A DNA stretch of 32,000 nucleotides from Mycobacterium tuberculosis H37Rv (GTDB lineage: Bacteria > Actinomycetota > Actinomycetes > Mycobacteriales > Mycobacteriaceae). The DNA is taken from the NCBI RefSeq assembly GCF_000195955.2, contig NC_000962.3, positions 3,750,001 to 3,782,000 on the forward strand. Reading direction: 5' to 3'. Both the position numbers and the translations under genes were made by a program. Positions 21,344 to 30,979 of this stretch are shown in pieces. Positions within the stretch are counted from its first letter, which is position 1; each line of letters starts with the position of its first letter. The notes beneath the pieces are model-generated. The model made no database searches, was not told the DNA's origin, and saw only the letters and a list, made by a program, of their open reading frames with translations.

Positions 21344-22534
21344 GTGGCTCCCGGCAGCTGCGAAGCCCCGGACGTGTTCAACCCGGCCAAACTCGGTCCG
21401 CTCACGCTGCGTAACCGGGTCATCAAGGCCGCCACCTTCGAGGCCCGCACACCTGACGCGTTGGTGACCGATGACCTGATCGAGTACCACCGGCTGCCGG
21501 CCGCGGGCGGGGTCGCCATGACCACCGTCGCCTATTGCGCGGTCTCCCCCGGCGGACGCACCGGCGGCAACCAGATCTGGATGCGCCCGCATGCGGTGCC
21601 GGGACTGCGCCGGCTCACCGAGGCGATACACGCCGAGGGGGCGGCGATCAGCGCCCAGATCGGCCACGCCGGCCCGGTGGCCGACGCCCGCTCCAACCAG
21701 GCGACCGCGCTGGCTCCGGTGCGGTTCTTCAATCCGATCGCTATGCGGTTCGCCCAGAAGGCGACCCGCGAGGACATCGACGATGTGCTGGCCGCGCACG
21801 CCCATGCCGCCCGGCTGGCCGTCGACGCCGGCTTCGACGCCGTCGAAATCCATTTGGGGCATAACTATCTGGCGAGCGCGTTTCTGTCTCCGCTGCTCAA
21901 CCGGCGTGATGACGAGTTCGGCGGTTCGTTGCAGAACCGGGCGAAGGTAGCTCGCGGATTGGTGATGGCCGTGCGCCGCGCCGTCCGGCAGCAGGTCGCG
22001 GTGACCGCCAAGCTCAACATGACCGATGGCATCCGCGGCGGCATCACAGTCGACGAGGCACTGACCACCGCCAGGTGGCTGCAGGACGACGGCGGGCTAG
22101 ACGCGATCGAGCTCACCGCGGGCAGCTCGCTGGTCAACCCGATGTATTTGTTCCGCGGCGACGCGCCGGTTAAGGAGTTCGCCGCCGCGTTCAAACCACC
22201 GCTGCGCTGGGGCATCCGGATGACCGGCCATAGGTTTTTCCGCGAATACCCCTACCGCGATGCCTATCTGTTACGCGAGGCTCGGTTGTTTCGCGCCGAG
22301 CTGACAATCCCGCTGATTCTGCTGGGCGGCATCACCAACCGAACGACCATGGACCTGGCGATGGCCGAAGGGTTCGAGTTCGTCGCGATGGCTCGGGCGC
22401 TGCTCGCCGAGCCCGACCTGGTCAATCGGATCGCGGCCGAAGGCAGCCAGGTGCGGTCGGCGTGCACACACTGTAATCAGTGCATGGCCACGATTTATCG
22501 CCGCACTCACTGTGTGGTCACCGGGGCTCCATAG
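21344..22534 (+). CDS. NADH:flavin oxidoreductase, Old Yellow Enzyme family, 396 aa
   Basis: FNPAKLGPLTLRNRVIKAATFEA...AQIGHAGP...GFDAVEIHLGHNYLASAFLSPLLNRRDDEFGGSLQNRAK...PLILLGGITNRTTMDLAMAEGFEFVAMARALLAEPDLVNRI. C-terminal CTHCNQCMATIYRRTHC. Confidence 0.9.
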   Translation: MAPGSCEAPDVFNPAKLGPLTLRNRVIKAATFEARTPDALVTDDLIEYHRLPAAGGVAMTTVAYCAVSPGGRTGGNQIWMRPHAVPGLRRLTEAIHAEGAAISAQIGHAGPVADARSNQATALAPVRFFNPIAMRFAQKATREDIDDVLAAHAHAARLAVDAGFDAVEIHLGHNYLASAFLSPLLNRRDDEFGGSLQNRAKVARGLVMAVRRAVRQQVAVTAKLNMTDGIRGGITVDEALTTARWLQDDGGLDAIELTAGSSLVNPMYLFRGDAPVKEFAAAFKPPLRWGIRMTGHRFFREYPYRDAYLLREARLFRAELTIPLILLGGITNRTTMDLAMAEGFEFVAMARALLAEPDLVNRIAAEGSQVRSACTHCNQCMATIYRRTHCVVTGAP

Positions 22535-22650
22535 CGTCCAGATTGACGCCACCGTGAAGAAGTGCAACCCATTGTGCCGGAAATCCGGTTGACTTCCCCG
22601 CGCGAATCCGGCTCAGGCACTATTGACCGCGCGCAGCATAATTTGAACCG

Positions 22651-23019
22651 ATGAGTCGACCCCATCCACCGGTGCTGACAGTTCGGTCCGATCGGTCGCA
22701 GCAATGCTTCGCCGCGGGCCGCGACGTGGTTGTCGGGAGTGATCTTCGTGCCGACATGCGCGTGGCGCACCCACTGATCGCCCGTGCGCACCTGTTGCTG
22801 CGCTTCGATCGGGGCAATTGGATCGCGATCGACAACGATTCGCAGAGCGGGATGTTCGTCGACGGCCAGCGGGTGTCGGAAGTCGACATTTATGACGGCC
22901 TGACTATCAACATCGGGAAGCCCACCGGGCCGTGGATCACCTTCGAGGTCGGCCATCACCAGGGCATCATCGGACGGCTGTCACGCACCCCGTCGTCGCG
23001 TCCCGGCTCACCGATCTAG
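22651..23019 (+). CDS. Small FHA-like domain protein, 122 aa, with degenerate binding residues
   Basis: VLTVRSDRSQQCFAAGRDVVVGSDLRADMRVAHPLIARAHLLLRFDRGNWIAIDNDSQSGMFVDGQRVSEVDIYDGLTINIG, an FHA-like beta-sandwich pattern. Confidence 0.8.
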   Translation: MSRPHPPVLTVRSDRSQQCFAAGRDVVVGSDLRADMRVAHPLIARAHLLLRFDRGNWIAIDNDSQSGMFVDGQRVSEVDIYDGLTINIGKPTGPWITFEVGHHQGIIGRLSRTPSSRPGSPI

Positions 23020-23567
23020 CCCCCTGCCAAGCACAGCCCGTGCGCCGCCGCAAAGGCCACGGCTTGGTCGACGTCGACACGCGCACCCACCAACGACGCG
23101 GTCCGCCACAATACCGGGTCCACGGTCGCGCCCCGCAAGTCGGCGTCATCCAGCCGGGCGCCCGTGGTACGGGCACCACTGAGGTCGGCGCCGCGCAGCA
23201 CGCACTTGCGCAAGTCGGTATCCACCAGGCTGGTCTCTCGCAACCGGCAGCCGGTCAAGTTGAGACCACGCAGATCATTTCCGCCGAGCACGGCGAGCGT
23301 GAAATCCACGTCGTCCAACGTCAGCGGCCGCAGCCGGCAAGCCACGAAGACCGAGCCCAACATGCTGCACTGGGCAAATGTGCTGTGCCACAGTGTCGTC
23401 CGTTCGAAGGTGCAATTACGAAACGCCGACCCTCGGTGTTGTGACTCGGCCAGATTCACGCCGCTGAAATCGCATTCGCTGAACATCGCCCGTTCGGTGT
23501 GCAGGCGGCTAAGGTCCTCGTCGCGGAAGTCTCGACCGGTGAATTCGCAATCAACCCACTGCTGCAA
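23016..23567 (-). CDS. mfpA: Pentapeptide-repeat protein, DNA-gyrase-interacting MfpA
   Basis: MQQWVDCEFTGRDFRDEDLSRLHTERAMFSECDFSGVNLAESQHRGSAFRNCTFERTTLWHSTFAQCSMLGSVFVACRLRPLTLDDVDFTLAVLGGNDLRGLNLTGCRLRETSLVDTDLRKCVLRGADLSGARTTGARLDDADLRG, i.e. (A/C/S/T/V)(D/N)(L/F)XX repeats. Confidence 0.95.
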   Translation of the reverse strand: MQQWVDCEFTGRDFRDEDLSRLHTERAMFSECDFSGVNLAESQHRGSAFRNCTFERTTLWHSTFAQCSMLGSVFVACRLRPLTLDDVDFTLAVLGGNDLRGLNLTGCRLRETSLVDTDLRKCVLRGADLSGARTTGARLDDADLRGATVDPVLWRTASLVGARVDVDQAVAFAAAHGLCLAGG

Positions 23568-23573
23568 CGCTTT

Positions 23574-24155
23574 TCAACCGCCCGCAGGAGACAGGGTGGC
23601 CAGCGCGTATTCGCTCACCGCGATCAGTGCATCGGTCGCCGACCTGCGATTGCGGGCGTCAACATTGATCACCGGAATGTGTGCGGGCAGCGTCAACGCG
23701 TCGCGCACCGCGCTAACCGGATACCTTGGCGCGCTGTCGAACTCGTTGATGGCGATCAAGAACGGCAGGTTGCGGTGTTCGAAGAAGTCGACCGCCGCAA
23801 AGCTGTCCTGCAGACGCCGGCAGTCGACCAAGACGATCGCCCCGATGGCACCACGCACCAGGTCGTCCCACATGAACCAGAACCGGCGCTGGCCCGGGGT
23901 ACCGAATAGATAAAGCACCAGATCCTCGCCCAAGGTGATGCGGCCGAAGTCCATCGCCACCGTGGTGCTCCGCTTGTCGGGAGTGGCCTCCAGCATGTCG
24001 ACGCCGGCGGAGGCATCGGTGACCATCGCTTCGGTGCGCAACGGCATGATCTCCGAAACAGCGCCGACGAATGTGGTCTTGCCGGACCCGAATCCGCCCG
24101 CGATGACGATCTTCGTCGACGCGGTGCCGGATGCCTCAGAGTGCTTTAAGGCCAC
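23574..24155 (-). CDS. Conservon small GTPase (CvnD/MfpB type), 193 aa
   Basis: KIVIAGGFGSGKTTFVGAVSEI (P-loop), VAMDFGRITLGEDLVLYLFGTPGQRRFWFMWDDLVRGAIGAIVLVD, LPFLIAINEFD. Confidence 0.93.
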   Translation of the reverse strand: MALKHSEASGTASTKIVIAGGFGSGKTTFVGAVSEIMPLRTEAMVTDASAGVDMLEATPDKRSTTVAMDFGRITLGEDLVLYLFGTPGQRRFWFMWDDLVRGAIGAIVLVDCRRLQDSFAAVDFFEHRNLPFLIAINEFDSAPRYPVSAVRDALTLPAHIPVINVDARNRRSATDALIAVSEYALATLSPAGG

Positions 24156-24504
24156 GCAGGGTCCTTCCTATGAGTTCGTGGCGTTCGTCGCGGGTCGATC
24201 GGTCGGTCAAGGTCGCGTGCACCCGAAGGTAACCGGACGTGACCAGATCACCGACCAGCACACGCGCCACACCCACCGGCAAATCCAGCCGAGCCGAGAT
24301 TTCCGCGACCGACGGACTGCCAATGCACAATTGCAAGATCCTGCGTCGCATGTCGTAGGCCGGCCAGCGGCCAGCCGGTCCCGCCGGCAGGGTCTGCACC
24401 GGCGCCTGAAGCGGAAGGTCGACGTCGGTACCGGTACGTCCGGCGGTCAGCGTGTAGGGGCGGACCAGGCCCGCCTTCGGTCTATCGCCGGCAGGATTGA
24501 ACAA
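24136..24504 (-). CDS. Conservon DUF742 protein (CvnC type)
   Basis: [27 protein letters not shown]...[47 protein letters not shown]. The start could be TTG 24504 or further upstream (track 24540). Confidence 0.88.
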
Positions 24505-24874
24505 CGCCGCCCACCCGCTCGACAAGGATGGCCATCTCATAACCGATCTGGCCGATATCGCATCCGGTCGCGGCCAGCGCCGCCAGCGCCGACCCGTCTC
24601 CCACCTGCATCAACAGCAGGTAGCCGTTCTGCATCTCAACCACCGACTGCAGCACCTGCCCGCCGTCGAACAGTTGCGCGGCGCCGCCGGCCAGGCTGGC
24701 CAGCCCGGACGTCACCGCGGCCAACTGATCGGCGCGTTCGCGTGGTAGATGTTCGCTGGCCGCCACGGGAAGCCCGTCGACCGACACCAGCAATGCATGG
24801 GCCACCCCGGGAACCTCGCGGGCGAACTTCGACACCAGCCAGTCAAGCGGGCTGTCCGGCAAGCGGGCTTTCAT
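24482..24874 (-). CDS. Conservon Roadblock/LC7 protein (CvnB type), 130 aa
   Basis: [63 protein letters not shown]...[38 protein letters not shown]. Confidence 0.93.
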
Positions 24875-27501
24875 TGCTGATTGGGTCCCTGACTGCTCTC
24901 GCGGGCATGCGACCGCCCGGTGCGCACGCCGCCGAAATGGCTGCTGATGGAGGCACGAACCGCGTCGGGGTCGCGTACCGCAGCCGCGTGCCGCGGCGCT
25001 CGGCCGGGATGAAGTCCGCCGTTGGATGCTAGCGCTGCACCCGGATGCTCCCGATCGGGTCCCTCAGGCACCGCCGCCCCCGGCACTAACCGGGCCCCGG
25101 GTTCGCGCACCGGCAGGCCGTAGTCCGTGCGGGACTGCACGGGCTTGTCCGCGGCCTCGGCGGCCGCCGACCAGCCGTGGTCCCACACCGACTTCCAGTC
25201 CAGATCGGGGCTGTGGGCCAGCTCGTGCGGGTCACCCACCATCTCGGAGAGCATCCGCCGGTAGATGACGTCGTCATCAACCGGGCCCGCCGGTGGCGCG
25301 GGTTTGGCGGGCGGCGGCGCCGGTCGCGGTTCTGGTGCGGGCGGTTGTTTGGGCTCCTGTTGAAACCTATCCTCCCACCAGGGTGTTTTCAGCTCGCGCC
25401 GCCGCTGCTGCATCGGCTGGGCCGGGACGTCGGCGATGCCACTGGACCCCGGGGTACGGCGCGGGAGCAACGTGACCGGTGGTAGCGGCCCGATGGCGGC
25501 GGGAACGTCCGTCGGATCGGCCGCCGCGGGTTCAGGACACGGCGGCTTGATCGCAAATACCCGCGGCTTTGGCGGCTGCGCTGGGGCCGTCCCCTCGAGC
25601 ACGGCTAGCGGCAGGTAGACCTCGGCGGTGGTGCCGGTGCCCTGTTCACCGGTCACCGGACCGCGCAGCCCGACTCGGATGCCGTGCCGACCGGCCAGCC
25701 GGCCGACTACGAACAGACCCATGTGCCGGGCACTATCCGGGGTGACCTCACCGCCGGCCCGCAGCCGCATATTGGCCATCCGCCGATCGGCATCGGTCAT
25801 GCCCAGGCCGGAATCCGAGATTCGCAGCAGAACACTGCCTTCGCTGCCGATTGCGGCGGCAACCCGAACGGGTGTGGTCGGTGACGAGTAGCGCAACGCG
25901 TTGTCGATCAGCTCGGCAAGCAGATGAATGACGCCACCAGCCGCTGCGCCGACTACCGCACAGTCGGGTACCCTCGCGATGTCGACGCGGCGATAGTCCT
26001 CGACCTCTGACACGGCGGCGCTGATCACGGTTGACAGCGGCACCGGCTCGCGGTGGTCACGGGTAATCTGCGCACCGGCCAGCACCAGCAGGTTGGCGCT
26101 GTTGCGGCGCAGCCGGGCGGCCAGGTGATCGAGCCGGAAAAGGCTGTCGAGTCGGGCGGGATCCTCCTCGTTGCGCTCCAGTTGGTCGATGACCGACAGC
26201 TGCTGGTCGACCAGGGAACGGCTACGCCGCGACATGGTCTCAAACATCTCGTTGACCAGCAGTCGCAACCGCGTTTCCTCGCCGGCCAGCAACAGGGCCC
26301 GGGTGTGCAGCTCGTCGACCGCATGCGCGACCTGACCGATTTCCTCGGTGGTGTACACCGCCAGTGGCTCGGGGATCGGCTCGTCGCCGGCGCGGACCGC
26401 CGCGATCTCGCCGTCGAGATCGGTATGAGCAACCTTGAGCGCCCCATCACGCAGTACCCGCATCGGCCCGACCAGCGTGCGCGCCACCACCAACACGACG
26501 ACGATCGCGGTCGCGATGGCGGCCAACACCAGCACGGCGTCGCGAATCGCGGCATCCCGCCGGTCGGTGGCCTGGCTTTGCACCGACTTCGTCACCGCCT
26601 CGGTGGTGTCGGTGATCACCTGCTCGGCAATGTCGCGGGTGATCTGTATCGAGTGCAGCAGCTCTGGGTTGTTGACCAGTGCAACGGCCGGATCGGACAT
26701 GATCGCCATCCTGGTCACCATTTGCTGCTGCAGGTTCTTGGTGTCCGGCGAGCCTGCACCGAGCGCCGCGCTCATCCCGAACAGCGTCGAGGGTTCGGTG
26801 CCGGCCAGGGTAACCATCGCGCTGCGCAGTTGCGGCTCGGCAAGGTCGGCGCCGCGAGTCACCAGGATCTCCTGCATCGTCATCTGCCCGCGGGCGCCAA
26901 CGGCTCGGCTCAAACCCTGCACCTGGGTTCGGATTTGCTCGCTGTCAACCCGCACCGACGCGTCAATCACGTTCTGGGCCGTCAACAGCAGCGGCGCGTA
27001 GGCGGTGACCCGATCCCGCAAGCCGATGCTGTCGGCCAGCACCTTATCCAGCAGCGCCTGACCGCCGTTGAGCAGCGTGTTCACTCCCGACCGCACGTCT
27101 GCGATGACGTCGGTGTCGGCCAGTCGCGTCTGCAGCTCGTACTTGCGGGCGGTGAAGTTTTTCTGCGCCCCCTCCACATCGTGTCCGGTCGAGCTGGCCA
27201 GCACGGCGACGTCCAGCGCCGACATGTATTTCGTGATCGCGGGTATCATTTCGGCGCGCGCGGCGACCAGCCGCAGGCCGCTGGTGCTGGCCATCGCAGC
27301 CTCGACCCGCAATCCTGCTAACACCATCGCCACTACCAGCGGCAGAAGCGCGATCGTGAACACTTTCCATCGGACCGGCCAGTTGCGCGGCGACCAGGAC
27401 GGCGGGCGTTGCTGAGGTTTGCCGCGGGCCGGTTGAGCCGGGGCGGAAATATCAGAAGCGGCCGCCGCGACCGGGATGGTCGGGCGGGCGAACATGGTCA
27501 C
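24871..27501 (-). CDS. Conservon membrane sensor histidine kinase (CvnA type), 876 aa
   Basis: [22 protein letters not shown], nitrate/nitrite-sensor-like periplasmic region, [27 protein letters not shown] plus HAMP, DHp-like [26 protein letters not shown], HATPase [12 protein letters not shown]...ISDSGLGM. Confidence 0.93.
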
Positions 27502-27736
27502 GTGGCCGCGGCCGTGCCACCGGCCGCACCCTTATGCAGCGCTCGAAAAACGGAGAGACTCATAGACTTCCTGCTCATGCCTTGATGCCGTCCGCCCCAG
27601 CCGGCCGGGCGCGGACGTAAACAACTGGCAATCCGACGAGTATGACAGCCCACGGCCGAGGTCTCCACCGCTGTCACCGAGCATGTCACCGGACAGGCCG
27701 GCAAACGGGCACCGGGCGCTTTGCCATGATCGGCGG

Positions 27737-28201
27737 ATGTTCCGGCTGCTGTTCGTATCTCCGCGTATCGCCCCCAACACCGGCAACGCCATCCGGACGT
27801 GCGCCGCAACCGGCTGTGAACTGCATCTGGTCGAGCCGCTCGGCTTCGACCTGTCCGAACCCAAGCTGCGACGGGCCGGGCTGGACTACCACGACCTGGC
27901 CTCGGTCACCGTTCATGCCTCGCTCGCGCACGCCTGGGAGGCGCTGTCGCCAGCGCGGGTGTTCGCCTTCACGGCGCAGGCGACGACGTTGTTCACCAAC
28001 GTCGGCTACCGGGCCGGTGACGTGTTGATGTTCGGGCCCGAACCCACCGGCCTGGACGAGGCCACCCTGGCTGATACGCACATCACCGGGCAGGTGCGCA
28101 TTCCGATGCTGGCGGGCCGGCGCTCGTTGAACCTGTCCAACGCCGCAGCCGTCGCGGTCTACGAGGCCTGGCGTCAGCACGGCTTTGCCGGGGCGGTCTA
28201 G
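27737..28201 (+). CDS. SpoU/TrmH-superfamily RNA methyltransferase (TrmL-like tRNA 2'-O-methyltransferase), 154 aa
   Basis: MFRLLFVSPRIAPNTGNAIRTCAATGCELHLVEPLGFDLSEPKLRRAGLDYHDLA...LMFGPEPTGLDEATL...RIPMLAGRRSLNLSNAAAVAVYEAWRQ. ATG at 27737 preferred over 27683. Confidence 0.93.
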   Translation: MFRLLFVSPRIAPNTGNAIRTCAATGCELHLVEPLGFDLSEPKLRRAGLDYHDLASVTVHASLAHAWEALSPARVFAFTAQATTLFTNVGYRAGDVLMFGPEPTGLDEATLADTHITGQVRIPMLAGRRSLNLSNAAAVAVYEAWRQHGFAGAV

Positions 28202-28567
28202 TCGCGACCAAGGTGACACCGAACCAGCCGGTATGCGCACAACGAAGCTCATCGGCGTCGGGCGCCGGACAGGAGCACCCAACCGGTGACAGCACACCGA
28301 ACGCAACCCGGGCGATCACATCGGACCACGACATCCCGGGAAAATCGATGCCGGTGAGCTTGCGCGTCCAGCTACCACCACCGTCAGCGGTGACACCTTC
28401 ACCGGCAACAACGGCAGCGCAGGCGCAGCTGTCAGCGGCGGCGCGCAGCGAAGGCGTTGCGGTCAATGAATCTGCCGCAAACCCCACGCCCGTTGGCCCA
28501 TATTGCGCTAGCATCCGGGTGTTGTGATCTCGCAGGTTGCGTGCTGGCAGCCTGGGGGTGGGTTGTG

Positions 28568-30334
28568 ATGTCGTTTGTCGTAGCAGTCCCGGAGGCATTG
28601 GCGGCGGCCGCGTCGGATGTGGCGAACATCGGTTCTGCGCTAAGTGCCGCGAATGCAGCGGCAGCCGCCGGCACAACGGGGCTACTGGCAGCCGGTGCCG
28701 ACGAGGTCTCGGCCGCCCTGGCGTCGCTGTTTTCCGGGCACGCTGTGAGCTACCAACAGGTCGCGGCCCAGGCGACGGCGTTACACGATCAGTTTGTCCA
28801 GGCCTTGACCGGTGCCGGCGGATCGTACGCCCTCACCGAGGCCGCCAACGTCCAGCAGAATCTGCTGAACGCAATTAACGCGCCCACTCAGGCGCTGTTG
28901 GGGCGCCCGTTAATTGGCGACGGGGCTGTCGGCACCGCCAGCAGCCCCGACGGGCAAGATGGCGGTCTGCTGTTCGGCAACGGGGGCGCCGGCTACAACA
29001 GCGCCGCCACGCCCGGAATGGCCGGCGGCAACGGCGGCAACGCCGGATTGATCGGCAACGGCGGTACTGGCGGGTCGGGCGGTGCCGGCGCGGCCGGTGG
29101 CGCCGGCGGCAGCGGCGGCTGGTTGTACGGCAACGGCGGAAACGGCGGCATCGGCGGGAATGCGATCGTCGCGGGCGGTGCCGGCGGCAATGGGGGCGCT
29201 GGCGGCGCCGCCGGATTGTGGGGCAGTGGCGGCAGCGGCGGCCAAGGCGGCAACGGTCTGACCGGCAACGACGGCGTGAATCCGGCCCCCGTCACAAACC
29301 CCGCGCTAAATGGCGCCGCCGGCGACAGCAATATCGAGCCGCAAACCAGCGTCCTGATCGGCACCCAAGGCGGTGACGGCACGCCCGGGGGTGCTGGCGT
29401 CAACGGCGGCAACGGTGGCGCGGGCGGAGACGCCAATGGCAACCCCGCAAACACCTCGATCGCCAACGCAGGCGCCGGCGGGAACGGCGCCGCCGGCGGT
29501 GACGGCGGTGCCAATGGCGGTGCGGGCGGCGCCGGCGGGCAGGCCGCGTCCGCCGGTAGTTCCGTCGGCGGTGACGGCGGCAACGGCGGTGCCGGCGGTA
29601 CGGGCACGAACGGGCACGCCGGCGGTGCGGGCGGCGCCGGCGGTGCCGGTGGTCGCGGCGGGTGGCTGGTCGGCAACGGTGGCAACGGTGGCAACGGTGC
29701 CGCCGGCGGCAACGGCGCCATCGGCGGTACCGGTGGTGCCGGCGGCGTCCCCGCCAACCAGGGCGGTAACAGCGCCCTAGGCACCCAGCCGGTCGGCGGC
29801 GACGGCGGCGACGGCGGCAACGGGGGCACCGGAGGCACCGGCGGGCGTGGCGGCGACGGCGGATCCGGCGGCGCGGGCGGCGCGAGCGGTTGGTTGATGG
29901 GCAACGGCGGCAACGGCGGCAACGGCGGCACCGGCGGCTCAGGCGGTGTCGGCGGCAATGGCGGCATCGGCGGTGACGGCGCCGGCGGCGGAAACGCCAC
30001 GAGCACGTCGAGCATCCCCTTCGACGCCCACGGGGGTAACGGCGGCGCTGGTGGCGACGCTGGTCACGGCGGAACGGGCGGCGACGGCGGTGACGGGGGG
30101 CATGCCGGCACCGGTGGACGTGGCGGGTTACTGGCCGGCCAGCACGCCAACTCCGGCAATGGCGGTGGCGGCGGTACCGGCGGTGCCGGGGGCACCCATG
30201 GCACCCCCGGCAGCGGCAACGCAGGCGGCACCGGCACCGGTAACGCTGACAGCACAAACGGCGGGCCAGGCAGCGACGGCCTCGGCGGGGACGCGTTTAA
30301 CGGCAGTCGCGGCACCGACGGCAACCCCGGCTAA
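28568..30334 (+). CDS. PE_PGRS51: PE_PGRS family protein, 588 aa
   Basis: PE domain [80 protein letters not shown], then GRPLIGDG and long GGAGGxGG repeats. Confidence 0.95.
   Translation: MSFVVAVPEALAAAASDVANIGSALSAANAAAAAGTTGLLAAGADEVSAALASLFSGHAVSYQQVAAQATALHDQFVQALTGAGGSYALTEAANVQQNLLNAINAPTQALLGRPLIGDGAVGTASSPDGQDGGLLFGNGGAGYNSAATPGMAGGNGGNAGLIGNGGTGGSGGAGAAGGAGGSGGWLYGNGGNGGIGGNAIVAGGAGGNGGAGGAAGLWGSGGSGGQGGNGLTGNDGVNPAPVTNPALNGAAGDSNIEPQTSVLIGTQGGDGTPGGAGVNGGNGGAGGDANGNPANTSIANAGAGGNGAAGGDGGANGGAGGAGGQAASAGSSVGGDGGNGGAGGTGTNGHAGGAGGAGGAGGRGGWLVGNGGNGGNGAAGGNGAIGGTGGAGGVPANQGGNSALGTQPVGGDGGDGGNGGTGGTGGRGGDGGSGGAGGASGWLMGNGGNGGNGGTGGSGGVGGNGGIGGDGAGGGNATSTSSIPFDAHGGNGGAGGDAGHGGTGGDGGDGGHAGTGGRGGLLAGQHANSGNGGGGGTGGAGGTHGTPGSGNAGGTGTGNADSTNGGPGSDGLGGDAFNGSRGTDGNPG
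28970..30320 (+). repeat. PGRS (polymorphic GC-rich) GGN-GGX tandem repeats
   Basis: Dense GGCGGCAACGGCGG / GGCGGTGCC iterations encoding GNGG/GAGG. Confidence 0.9.
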
Positions 30335-30979
30335 TTACCAGCCGTTCCAGTGCGTCACGCTCTCGGCCGGCAGCCGCTTGGCCGGCCGGAAGTCGATGCC
30401 TTGTGTGTAGGCGATCGGAAGCAGCCCGCCTTGGCTGTATTCGTCGTAGGGAATGCCGAGCACGTCGGCCACCTTGTGCTCGCCGTTGTCGAGCAGGTGC
30501 AGCGTCGTCCAGCACGAACCCAGCCCGCGGGAGCGCAGCGCCAGGCAGAAGCTCCACACCGCCGGGAACAGTGAGGCCCAAAACGACACGCCACCCACCG
30601 CCGACTCGTCTTCCCGGCCTTTCAGGCAGGGGATCAGCAGCACCGGCGCCCGGTGCATGTGTTCGGCGAGATAGGTCGCCGAATCGCGGACCCGCCCCAT
30701 CCGCTCGCCGCGGGTGTCGCCGTCGGGGTACTCGGGCGCCGGCCCGCTGAGGTAGCCCCGGGCGTTGGCCAGGTAGACGTCGGCGATCGCCTTTTTCTTG
30801 GCGGCGTCCTCGACGAACACCCACTGCCAGCCTTGGGAATTGGAACCGGTGGGCGCCTGCAGCGCCAGCTCGAGGCATTCCATCAGCACGTCGCGTGGCA
30901 CCGGCTTGTCGAAATCGAGACGCTTGCGCACCGAGCGGGTAGTGGTCAGGACCTCGTCGACGGACAGGTTGAGGGTCAT
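30335..30979 (-). CDS. Nitroreductase-family oxidoreductase, 214 aa
   Basis: MTLNLSVDEVLTTTRSVRKRLDFDKPVPRDVLMECLELALQAPTGSNSQGWQWVFVEDAAKKKAIADVY...LGIPYDEYSQGGLLPIAYT. Confidence 0.92.
   Translation of the reverse strand: MTLNLSVDEVLTTTRSVRKRLDFDKPVPRDVLMECLELALQAPTGSNSQGWQWVFVEDAAKKKAIADVYLANARGYLSGPAPEYPDGDTRGERMGRVRDSATYLAEHMHRAPVLLIPCLKGREDESAVGGVSFWASLFPAVWSFCLALRSRGLGSCWTTLHLLDNGEHKVADVLGIPYDEYSQGGLLPIAYTQGIDFRPAKRLPAESVTHWNGW

Noticed and set aside
26053-27321. 422-aa plus-strand ORF opposite the sensor kinase
   Set aside because: Shadow ORF in high-GC DNA; the minus strand has clear TM/HAMP/HATPase coding.
28993-30015. 340-aa proline-rich minus-strand ORF opposite PE_PGRS51
   Set aside because: Pure PPxPPxPP antisense of GGxGG repeats; artefact.
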